This document shows positions 26,506 to 34,651 of a stretch of 64,000 nt of DNA, piece by piece. Position 1 is the stretch's first letter. Every line of letters begins with the position of its first letter. The notes below the pieces were generated by a model. That model did not search any database. It had not been told where the DNA came from and saw nothing but the letters and a program-made list of their open reading frames with translations. The position numbers and the translations under genes are program-made. Source of the stretch: an uncultured Gammaproteobacteria bacterium (GTDB lineage Bacteria; Patescibacteriota; Microgenomatia; Levybacterales; UBA12049); the NCBI GenBank assembly GCA_964391315.1, contig CAYMJR010000001.1, positions 5,949 to 69,948 of the forward strand, in the 5' to 3' direction.

Positions 26506-27015
26506 TTACTGATTATCCGGGATGAATTTGAGCGCTGAGGCGTTGATACAATATCGTTTTCCTGTTGGTGGCGGTCCATCATCAAACACATGACCTAAGT
26601 GTCCACCGCATTTACTTCCCAGAACTTCTGTCCTCACCATATCCAAGCTATCGTCTTCCCGAAGAGTCACAGCATTTGGAGTAATTGGCTTGGTAAAACT
26701 TGGCCAGCCCGTACCGCTGTCAAATTTGTCTTCTGACCGAAAAACTGGTTGTCCGCAATCCGCGGTGACATATGTTCCCTTCTGATGATTATTCAGCATA
26801 TCAAGATGGGTAAACGGTATATCAGTTCCTGCTTCACGAAGCGTATGATACTGCTCAGGCGTCAGCACCTTTTTCCAATAGGCATCGGATTTTTTTATGA
26901 AAGCACTCTGAGAATTGACCTGAGGTTTCACAGTAATATGCAAAAATGCTGCCAGGACAAACAACAATACAAATAAAATAACAAGATTTTTAATTGTCAG
27001 CAACCGGAATTGCAT
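26506..27015 (-). CDS. msrB: peptide-methionine (R)-S-oxide reductase MsrB, exported/anchored form
   Basis: N-terminal hydrophobic anchor LVILFVLLFVLAAFL. GTGWPSFTKPI and catalytic RYCINASAL. Lacks the two CxxC zinc motifs present in the second copy. Confidence 0.85.
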   Translation of the reverse strand: MQFRLLTIKNLVILFVLLFVLAAFLHITVKPQVNSQSAFIKKSDAYWKKVLTPEQYHTLREAGTDIPFTHLDMLNNHQKGTYVTADCGQPVFRSEDKFDSGTGWPSFTKPITPNAVTLREDDSLDMVRTEVLGSKCGGHLGHVFDDGPPPTGKRYCINASALKFIPDNQ

Positions 27016-27032
27016 AGTAGATTACTTTGATT

Positions 27033-27281
27033 CTACTGCTCTTCCCGTTCAACAGCAATGGTACACTCACCAATAAGCGCTGCCAAGGCTCCGACAGCTG
27101 CCAGAACAGGTGCAATAACTGCACCCACGACTCCAACAGTCAATGGAAAACTAGCAATCTCTCTCCCCTTCTTATCCGTAATGGTAATTTTACGGACATT
27201 CCCCTCGTTTATGAGCTCTTTAACTTTTTTAACAACTTCTTCTCCGTTAATTTTAAATGTCTCTTTTCTTTTTGTCGCCAT
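27033..27281 (-). CDS. DUF4342-like small protein
   Basis: 82 aa. FKINGEEVVKKVKELINEGNVRKITI followed by the hydrophobic VGVVGAVIAPVLAAVGALAAL. SD AAAGGAGGAG upstream. Confidence 0.65.
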   Translation of the reverse strand: MATKRKETFKINGEEVVKKVKELINEGNVRKITITDKKGREIASFPLTVGVVGAVIAPVLAAVGALAALIGECTIAVEREEQ

Positions 27282-27294
27282 CTGCTCCTCCTTT

Positions 27295-27882
27295 CTAATG
27301 AAGTTTTTCTCCTTTTGCTAACATCGACAGAATTGTCTGCATGCGTTTTTCTCTTGTTTCCGGCTTTTTCGCGGTTTGAAGTCTCCAAGCAATAGCATAG
27401 GTATTTGTTTTATTTAAGGTTTTAAAAAACGATTCAGCTTTTTTATTCTTTGCCAGCGCTTGTAAAAAATCATCTGGCATTTTCATGTTTGCAGGTGAAT
27501 CATAGGCCTGGTCCCATCTACCATCTTTTTTGGCTGCTTCAATTTTTGCGAGTCCTGCTGGCTGCATCTTTTTCTCTGCAATCAGGCGTGCTACAAATTC
27601 ACGATTTCTTTTTGACCACATACTTTTGGGTCCGCGGGGAGTAAATTTTTGTAAATAAAATTTTTCGTCAAAAGTATCGAGCAATCCATCAATCCACCCA
27701 TAACAAAGCGCTACCATCAGTGCTTCATCATATGTTATCGATACAATACCACTTGCTTTCTTTGCAATTTTCAGCCATAAACCCTTTGAGGACGCATGAT
27801 GTTGTGAAAGCCATTCTTCCCATTCGTTTGGAGATACAAATAACATAATTGAGAGCCCGTTTTTTGTATCCATACTAAACAT
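27295..27882 (-). CDS. YdeI/OmpD-associated (bacteriocin-protection) family protein
   Basis: 195 aa. EWEEWLSQHH...GLWLKIAKK and C-terminal NTYAIAWRLQTAKKPETREKRMQTILSMLAKGEKL. Confidence 0.7.
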   Translation of the reverse strand: MFSMDTKNGLSIMLFVSPNEWEEWLSQHHASSKGLWLKIAKKASGIVSITYDEALMVALCYGWIDGLLDTFDEKFYLQKFTPRGPKSMWSKRNREFVARLIAEKKMQPAGLAKIEAAKKDGRWDQAYDSPANMKMPDDFLQALAKNKKAESFFKTLNKTNTYAIAWRLQTAKKPETREKRMQTILSMLAKGEKLH

Positions 27883-27891
27883 AGTATACCA

Positions 27892-28623
27892 TCACCGTAT
27901 TAGCTTAAGGAATTCTGTCAGAAACAAAATAAGCATCTTTTCAAATTCTTTTTCTGTCACATCTTCGGGCATTCGCACGAGAAATTCTTTGAAAAAACCA
28001 TATCGTTCGGCAACGGGATGAGGCAACTTCTTAAGCAATACTTCGATCGCTTTTTCAATCTTTTCCCCTGAATCAGAAATACCATGTCTTTCCAAATTAC
28101 CCTGCGCAAATGCAGCACTGACAAGATTTTCTGCATTTTCCCATTTTTCTTTTGGTGTTTTTGCAGTAACCGGTTCATGAATCCAATTCATAAAAAACTC
28201 ATTAAGATGTTCGTGTTTCTCAAAAATTTTAAAACTAATATCGTCTGCGTACACGTCCTGAATATTATTCAGAATTCCCTGAATGATCTTCTCCTGATAT
28301 GGTTCAACTACTTTTCCATGCATGACCCATGCAGTAATGGATGTTAACAGCTGCTGATCATGGGAGGGATGATTCGATTGCTGACGATATACATGACTCA
28401 TCTCATGAATCAAAAGATTAAGAGCCATATTTCCGGAAAGCGCATCTCCCGAGACAACAATAACCGGTCCTGTATCAGTCTCTGTGGTATATCCCATGTA
28501 TGGAAGATCCTGATCTAATTCTACCGCAAGAGCATTAGGCAATGGATATCCTGCCTTCTCCATCAAAAGCAGCGCATTATTTTTTAGCGACTCAAGTTTT
28601 TCAAGTTGTGTTGTTTTGGTCAT
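27892..28623 (-). CDS. hypothetical protein with HExxH motif (putative zinc metallopeptidase)
   Basis: LLIHEMSHVY at about aa 72-81. Otherwise helical with no family recognised. Start overlaps the bcp stop by 4 nt. Confidence 0.5.
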   Translation of the reverse strand: MTKTTQLEKLESLKNNALLLMEKAGYPLPNALAVELDQDLPYMGYTTETDTGPVIVVSGDALSGNMALNLLIHEMSHVYRQQSNHPSHDQQLLTSITAWVMHGKVVEPYQEKIIQGILNNIQDVYADDISFKIFEKHEHLNEFFMNWIHEPVTAKTPKEKWENAENLVSAAFAQGNLERHGISDSGEKIEKAIEVLLKKLPHPVAERYGFFKEFLVRMPEDVTEKEFEKMLILFLTEFLKLIR

Positions 28624-29069
28624 ATAAATGTATTGAGATCATGAAGAAGCTCCTCTGCGTGTGTGAGCGGATTGACGTTTTGATATTCCTTCTGAATCTC
28701 TCCTTTAGGGTTAATCAAAACGGTATTTCTGATTGTTCCGGTAAATTCACGACCCATAAATTTTTTCTTTCCCCATGCTCCATATGCTTCAATAATTTTA
28801 TGATCAGGATCTGATAACAAAGGAAAATCTAAATGATATTTTTCTGCAAATTTTTTATGTGAGGCAACGCTGTCTTTTGAAATACCAATAATCGCAACAC
28901 CGCGTTTGGTAAATTCTTTCTTATTATCCTGCAAACTGCATGCTTCTTTGGTGCAACCTGGGGTGTCATCTTTAGGATAAAAATAGACAATAAGCCACTT
29001 GCCTTGATAATCATCAAGCGAATGAAACTTATTATCTTGATCTGGTAAGCTAAACTTAGGAGCTCTCAT
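28620..29069 (-). CDS. bcp: thioredoxin-dependent thiol peroxidase (Bcp/PrxQ)
   Basis: FYPKDDTPGCTKEAC peroxidatic-Cys motif; 149 aa. Confidence 0.9.
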   Translation of the reverse strand: MRAPKFSLPDQDNKFHSLDDYQGKWLIVYFYPKDDTPGCTKEACSLQDNKKEFTKRGVAIIGISKDSVASHKKFAEKYHLDFPLLSDPDHKIIEAYGAWGKKKFMGREFTGTIRNTVLINPKGEIQKEYQNVNPLTHAEELLHDLNTFI

Positions 29070-29149
29070 AACGTTTCAATTTTACCACAAAGAAACTACA
29101 GGGAGTAACTCCCTGTAGCCTCTTTACCTTACATATCGTAAGGAACAAA

Positions 29150-29779
29150 TTACTTTTTAGACTTTCTTTTCTCAGCTTTTCCACCTTTTGCTCCCATATA
29201 TTCTTGACCAGATGGCTGTGCATATCTCTCGGGTCGGTCTTGAAAACGTTCTTCTTGTTCTGGCATTTCAACAGTCTGAATAGAATCAGCATGATAATTT
29301 GCGAGAATTTTCTCGACATCACTTTCTTCATTGTGACGTGCCGGAACAGCAACCAGAATCGAGCCTTCCTGGATTCTTCTTTCATACATCTGTGCATCTT
29401 TTCTCGATACACCATACCCTGTTATTGCTCCAAGAATACCTCCACCGACAACACCGGTTGCCGCACCTGTAGCACCTGTAGCAGCAACACCGGCCAAACC
29501 CAATGCTGATGCAATCGGACCTCCGATAAAGAAGGCGCCAAGTCCCGGGATAACAACACCCGCAACCAGTCCAGCAATACCTCCAACAACAGCTCCTGTT
29601 GTTGCTCCTCTCCTCGTTCCTTGTCCTTTCACTTTCTTTTCTGTCTCTTGTGCTTCCATATCTTTCATGACAATTGAGATATCTTTCTCCGCATAACCTT
29701 TACTACGAAGTTCTTGAATGGCTTTGTCTGCATCTTCATGTTTATCAAATACCCCAAATACTGTATGTTTAGACATCAT
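29150..29779 (-). CDS. general stress protein, YflT/DUF1269-like with Gly-rich membrane-like core
   Basis: Start ATG 29779 follows GGAGGTGATATTT. FGVFDKHEDADKAIQELRSKGY, a Gly/Ala-rich core, then YERRIQEGSILVAV and a basic tail. Confidence 0.7.
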   Translation of the reverse strand: MMSKHTVFGVFDKHEDADKAIQELRSKGYAEKDISIVMKDMEAQETEKKVKGQGTRRGATTGAVVGGIAGLVAGVVIPGLGAFFIGGPIASALGLAGVAATGATGAATGVVGGGILGAITGYGVSRKDAQMYERRIQEGSILVAVPARHNEESDVEKILANYHADSIQTVEMPEQEERFQDRPERYAQPSGQEYMGAKGGKAEKRKSKK

Positions 29780-29876
29780 AAATATCACCTCCTTTCCAAG
29801 AAGCCACCACTATAATCATCTAAAGTAAGGGAAAATCCAAGAGAAAGTAAGTATTAAAAAAGAATCCTTCAGGAAG

Positions 29877-30746
29877 TTATGCGCGGCAGCCTTGAGGACA
29901 AAGGATGGTGCCATCTGCTTCGACACAATTTGTGCAGCAAATAAAATGCCGGTGACAAATATGATTGCGGCAATTTACATAGTTCTCACTTAGACTGTTG
30001 CAAACGACACACCGGCCAATGACTTCATGTTTTGGGTTATCTGTCTCAAATCCCATGACAAGGCGGTTATCAAACACATAAAGCTTTCCTTTAAAATCTT
30101 CATTTGGATATTTCTCCATGTAGGTTACAATGCCGTCTAAAAGCTGGTAGACGTCCTTAAAACCGTATTTTACTAATAATCCTGATGCCCGCTCGCATCT
30201 GATACCACCGGTACATACAGTAACAATCGGACGATCATCATATTTTTTAAGTTCGGGCAACATCTTTGGTAAATCTCTAAAATTGTCAATGTCAGGCAAG
30301 ATTGATCCTTCGAAATGACCACTTTTATGTTCATAGTTATTCCGCATATCCATGATATAAAACTTTTTGCCGCTTCTGATCCATTCATGAAGTTCTTCTG
30401 CAGTCAGATATTTTCCTGTTGTTTCGCGTGGATCAATTCCCCACTCCTCCGTGTGATCACTGACTAAATCTTTTCTCAGTCTCACTTGAAGTTTGCGAAG
30501 CGCATCTCCTGTCCCCTCACTCTTTTTGAAAACAATATCTGTAAAACGCGGATCGCGCTGCATTCGTTCAATATAGGCAGTTGTATCTTTCTTCAAACCT
30601 TCAACGGTTCCATTGATGCCATTATGTGCAACAATTATTCGACCTTTCAATCCCAACTCTTCACACCATGCTCTTTGCACTTTGCATACCTTTTCAGGGT
30701 CATCAATGGCGACATATTTATAATAAAGCAACACTTCGTATTTCAT
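29877..30746 (-). CDS. trhO: rhodanese-domain tRNA uridine(34) hydroxylase TrhO (UPF0176/YceA family)
   Basis: Family N-terminus LLYYKY. Rhodanese active loop VCTGGIRCERASG. Cys-rich C-terminus. TGGTATAAT lies 9 nt before the ATG. Confidence 0.85.
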   Translation of the reverse strand: MKYEVLLYYKYVAIDDPEKVCKVQRAWCEELGLKGRIIVAHNGINGTVEGLKKDTTAYIERMQRDPRFTDIVFKKSEGTGDALRKLQVRLRKDLVSDHTEEWGIDPRETTGKYLTAEELHEWIRSGKKFYIMDMRNNYEHKSGHFEGSILPDIDNFRDLPKMLPELKKYDDRPIVTVCTGGIRCERASGLLVKYGFKDVYQLLDGIVTYMEKYPNEDFKGKLYVFDNRLVMGFETDNPKHEVIGRCVVCNSLSENYVNCRNHICHRHFICCTNCVEADGTILCPQGCRA

Positions 30747-30794
30747 TGCTTTGAAATTATACCAAAAAAGAACAAAAGGTAGACCACGATAATT

Positions 30795-31343
30795 TTAGGA
30801 AGCGGCATTCGTTGCCTGAATCTGGGTAACTTCAATCATTTTCGTTTTCAACTTGTATGGAACACAGGTAAATTCCTCACAGTGATAATATTCAAAAATT
30901 TCCTCAATATCTTCAACCAAATCCTCGTCAACAGCAACAGCAAGCAATACGCCTCCTTCTTGAATGCGTCTTTCATATCGTTGCGCCTGATTTGTCGAAA
31001 CACCTAAATCCACCAATGCCCCCAAAAACCCTCCAGTTACAGCTCCCATCGCGAATCCCGACAAGATAATAGCTGGTCCAACGGCAAAAAATCCCACACC
31101 TGGAATAAGAACAGGAGTGGCAGCAACGAGTAAGCCTGCTAATCCACCAAGAATTCCACCTGTTAATGCACCTTCACCTGCGAGATTCTTTTTTGCAGAA
31201 CGATATGGAATTATGTGGTCCTCCCGACCAACCACAGACATATCACGGTTCCTCACACCTTCCACTTTAAGCCTCAATAATATGTCATCAACATATCTCT
31301 TATCTGAAAATAATCCTAAAATTAATTGCTTCATCACTATCAC
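30795..31343 (-). CDS. general stress protein, DUF1269-like (paralog of 29150..29779)
   Basis: Same architecture as the paralog: LGLFSDKRYVDDILLRLKVEGV, a Gly-rich hydrophobic core, QRYERRIQEGGVLLAV. GTG start 6 nt after AGGAG. Confidence 0.65.
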   Translation of the reverse strand: MIVMKQLILGLFSDKRYVDDILLRLKVEGVRNRDMSVVGREDHIIPYRSAKKNLAGEGALTGGILGGLAGLLVAATPVLIPGVGFFAVGPAIILSGFAMGAVTGGFLGALVDLGVSTNQAQRYERRIQEGGVLLAVAVDEDLVEDIEEIFEYYHCEEFTCVPYKLKTKMIEVTQIQATNAAS

Positions 31344-31454
31344 TTTCTGCTCCTCTCCACTCTACGCAGTTACCATAAGACTAGCACTAAAACTTTGTAA
31401 GTATTTAAAAAGAAACATTGCTGGAGAAACGGAAATAAAGATGCAGTACTCTTA

Positions 31455-31754
31455 CTATTGTTCTGCGCTACCTTCTCTTGAAGGAAATCTTTCGTCCATT
31501 CTTTTTGTAGCTTCATCCATTCTCTTTGTTGCTTTTTCAAGTTTGTTTTCAACTTTGTTGCTTGCTTCTTGTCCCATTTGTTTCATATATTTCTTCATTT
31601 CCGAAATTGCATCCATCACACTTTTTGTAATCTTTTCTCGGGTGTCTTTATTCGCAAGAACAGCAACAGCAGCAGCAACAGCGGCACCAATAACTGCGCC
31701 TTTAAAAATATCTCTTCCTGAACTTGGATTATATTGAGAATCGCGGTAATGCAT
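31455..31754 (-). CDS. YtxH-domain protein
   Basis: Start at the internal ATG 31754, because the track start 31871 would overlap the upstream gene. GAVIGAAVAAAVAVLANKDTREKI is followed by a charged coiled segment. Confidence 0.7.
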   Translation of the reverse strand: MHYRDSQYNPSSGRDIFKGAVIGAAVAAAVAVLANKDTREKITKSVMDAISEMKKYMKQMGQEASNKVENKLEKATKRMDEATKRMDERFPSREGSAEQ

Positions 31755-31827
31755 ACTCTTTATTCTAAATGCGGTATGTAAAAAACGATTTAAAATGTCG
31801 TGATTGATATGTAAGAAATTGAAGAAT

Positions 31828-32763
31828 CTATATGGCAATAACAATTTTACCTTTGGCGTGTTTTGTTTCAAGATACTCGTATGCTTCTCTTGCCTCGTCT
31901 AAAGGAAAAACTTTTTCAATTTGGACTTTGATCACCCCAGAATCAACTAATTCTGCAAGCATCGATAATTTTTCCGTTGTAACATGTGTCTGTTGGGAAA
32001 TTGTTGTCACCTCATGTTGTTTATCAAGCCCCGAATCAGCCTTTGCTACCATCGTTACAATTATTCCACCTTTTTTCAACACGGCAAATGATTTGGTATA
32101 CGTTTCCGAACCTACAGTATCATACACAACATCAAGATCTTTCAACATGGTTGAGAAATCCTGAGATGTATAATCAATCACTTCATCTGCACCTAAGTTT
32201 TTAACAAAATCCATGTGTGAGCTACTTGCAGTGGTTATCACATACGCACCCATGTGTTTAGCAAGCTGTATTGCAACCGAACCAATGCCACCTGAACCTC
32301 CATGAATAAGAATTTTTTGACCTTTGGACAAACGCGCGTGATCGACAAGTGCCTGAATCACACTAACTCCGACTAGAGGTAATGCTGCAGCCTGCTGAAA
32401 ATCAACAGTGTGAGGTTTTTTCGCAATGCTTCCCGCCTTTGCGGCAGCGAATTCTGCAAGACTTCCCGATCCACCACCAACAACTATTGCCGAACCAAAT
32501 ATTTCATCACCAAGAGCAAAATTTGAAACTTCTTCACCAACTTCGACAATAACACCTGCCAAATCGCCACCAAGTGTAACCGGAAGAGAAAGTGGAATCA
32601 TATCTTTCATATACCCACGTCTTATTTTGTAATCAAAAGGATTAAGACTTGCTGCATGTACTTGAACAAGCACCTGTCCTTTTTGTGCTAATGGTCTTGG
32701 AGTATCTGGTGAGACAACAATAACCTCAGGTCCACCGTAGGAGTTATACTGTGCTGCTTTCAT
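31828..32763 (-). CDS. NADPH:quinone oxidoreductase / zinc-type alcohol dehydrogenase superfamily (MDR)
   Basis: 311 aa. AASLNPFDYKIRRG. Cofactor loop ILIHGGSGGIGSVAIQLAK. Confidence 0.85.
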   Translation of the reverse strand: MKAAQYNSYGGPEVIVVSPDTPRPLAQKGQVLVQVHAASLNPFDYKIRRGYMKDMIPLSLPVTLGGDLAGVIVEVGEEVSNFALGDEIFGSAIVVGGGSGSLAEFAAAKAGSIAKKPHTVDFQQAAALPLVGVSVIQALVDHARLSKGQKILIHGGSGGIGSVAIQLAKHMGAYVITTASSSHMDFVKNLGADEVIDYTSQDFSTMLKDLDVVYDTVGSETYTKSFAVLKKGGIIVTMVAKADSGLDKQHEVTTISQQTHVTTEKLSMLAELVDSGVIKVQIEKVFPLDEAREAYEYLETKHAKGKIVIAI

Positions 32764-32832
32764 AAATCTATATTTATCATACTCCCTTTTTTATATCAAA
32801 ACAAACACAACCGTTTTTTTGTTTAAAAATTT

Positions 32833-33849
32833 TTACTTTGTCTCTGTAGATCGTTGACTAAGATCTATATCGGAAATGCCAAAATCTTTCATAATATATT
32901 GAATATATTCATTATGATATCCCTCTGGGGCAAATTGTTGCAAAAGCGAGACAAGTTCATTGAATGCTCCACCTACCGATCTAACATCATATTGATCTAT
33001 AAATCTCTCCGAAAGATATTGATAACTCAATGAACAAGCTGTATTCTTACCTCCTCTAGAATCATGTAGAAAGGCATTATAATCTGCACCTCGTAATGAC
33101 GCAAAATCTGGAAGCACATCTCCAAAAACTCTCATGATATCTTGAGGCGTTTGTATTGTTGTTGGATCAATATGAAATGCTTCAAAAAAACCACGCGCTG
33201 CATTTTGAACAATTATATTAAAATTTGTTAAATTATTTGTGTCAAATACTTTTATTTTTCCATTCGCATAATCAACCATAATCTGATCATCAATACATAC
33301 ACCTGCTTCCAGTGTCATATGTTCATAACGTTTAATAAATTCTACCATTTCATCTTTCAATTGAGGAGAAACCTGAGGAAGTGCATGACGTGAAAAAGGA
33401 TCATATTCTTCTCCTGTTACTCTCTCTTGTATCAAAACATGTTCATTATCAAGCAGACCACTTTCATTATCTCTCAATATTCCATCAACTATGACAAATT
33501 CTGTATATGGAACAAATCGTCTTCCAAAGTATTTCTCAATTAACTGATGTTCCTGTTGATATTGCAACCAGGATTCGTTAACATCATCCACGCTTGACAG
33601 GGAAACCCTTTTAACAACAATTCTGTCATCATTTTCAATAGGATGAGAAATGAGTGTACTACCAAGTGGAAATTTTTTTCCGATATCAGCTTTTTTTAAC
33701 GCAGCAACTAATTCTGACTTAAAAACGCTATCTGCATCCTGAAGTGTGTGAGCATTAAGCTTTCTGTTAGTTGGAACTGATGATAAAACATATTCGGCTA
33801 CCTTATTTGGTAGTTGAGGTTTATCTTGACTTTTACCTACTTCACTCAT
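32833..33849 (-). CDS. hypothetical protein, possible atypical protein-kinase-like fold
   Basis: 338 aa. The ordered motifs IVVKRV, QLIEKYFG, VLIQERVTGEEY and GKIKVFDTNN resemble beta3-Lys, alphaC-Glu, hinge and DFG-like elements. No canonical HRD...N loop. Last gene after the kinase and two receivers. Confidence 0.5.
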   Translation of the reverse strand: MSEVGKSQDKPQLPNKVAEYVLSSVPTNRKLNAHTLQDADSVFKSELVAALKKADIGKKFPLGSTLISHPIENDDRIVVKRVSLSSVDDVNESWLQYQQEHQLIEKYFGRRFVPYTEFVIVDGILRDNESGLLDNEHVLIQERVTGEEYDPFSRHALPQVSPQLKDEMVEFIKRYEHMTLEAGVCIDDQIMVDYANGKIKVFDTNNLTNFNIIVQNAARGFFEAFHIDPTTIQTPQDIMRVFGDVLPDFASLRGADYNAFLHDSRGGKNTACSLSYQYLSERFIDQYDVRSVGGAFNELVSLLQQFAPEGYHNEYIQYIMKDFGISDIDLSQRSTETK

Positions 33850-33885
33850 ATTTATGAGTACAGTATACCATCTATAAAATAAAAA

Positions 33886-34272
33886 TTATGAAGTTTTCTG
33901 AAGAGTTGTTTCGCCAAGAATTACATTAACTCGGTGTACTACTTCTTCAGGAGTAATTTCTGCTTTGGTTAAAAAGGAAGCTGCTCCCCAGTTATTGACC
34001 ATATCTTGTCCATCTGCGTGGACATTTGTCAAAATAACAATTCGGATATCTTTTAATGTTGGGTCCTGTTTGGCAAACTTCAGAACATCAAATCCACTTT
34101 GTTCTGGCATGAGAAGATCCAAAAGCACAATATCAGGCTGGAAAGAACGCATTTTATTAATCCCCTGTTCTCCATCAGGTGCAATCTCTACCTCAAATCC
34201 TTCATGGAGAAATTTATCCCGGTACATGCCAAGAAGAATTGGATCATCCTCAACTAATAAAATTTTACTCAT
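33886..34272 (-). CDS. stand-alone response regulator receiver protein
   Basis: LLVEDDP, phospho-acceptor Asp in IVLLDLLMPE, ILTN, FLTKA. No output domain. Confidence 0.9.
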   Translation of the reverse strand: MSKILLVEDDPILLGMYRDKFLHEGFEVEIAPDGEQGINKMRSFQPDIVLLDLLMPEQSGFDVLKFAKQDPTLKDIRIVILTNVHADGQDMVNNWGAASFLTKAEITPEEVVHRVNVILGETTLQKTS

Positions 34273-34275
34273 ATA

Positions 34276-34650
34276 TTATTTATAATTAATAATATCACTC
34301 GCTTTTGCTAATACATCATCAGGTGTTGTATTTGCTTTCATCAGTGAATATGTAGGCTTATTTTTAATAATCTCCTCCAAAAGTTTACCATCAATATTAA
34401 GATTAGTCAAAATGATAACAGGAACAGATTCTCCCCACGTGTCAGAACGCAGATGTTTCATAACAGTCATGCCGTCCATTTTAGGCATTGCTAAATCAAG
34501 AAGAATAAGATCAGGATGATGACGGATTGCCGCATTGAGTCCATCTTCACCATTAAGTGCTGTAATAACCCCCCATCGACTCACCTGAAATTTATCCCTG
34601 TACATTTCAAGAATAATTTGATCATCTTCAATAATAAGTACCGTTCTCAT
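34276..34650 (-). CDS. stand-alone response regulator receiver protein
   Basis: LIIEDDQ, Asp in LILLDLAMPK, ILTN, LMKAN. The ATG lies 1 nt after the kinase stop. Confidence 0.9.
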   Translation of the reverse strand: MRTVLIIEDDQIILEMYRDKFQVSRWGVITALNGEDGLNAAIRHHPDLILLDLAMPKMDGMTVMKHLRSDTWGESVPVIILTNLNIDGKLLEEIIKNKPTYSLMKANTTPDDVLAKASDIINYK

Positions 34651-34651
34651 C

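Noticed and set aside
31117-31737. 206-aa plus-strand ORF.
   Set aside because: It is antisense to the DUF1269 paralog and YtxH genes. It has an Ala/Ser-rich low-complexity translation and no start context.
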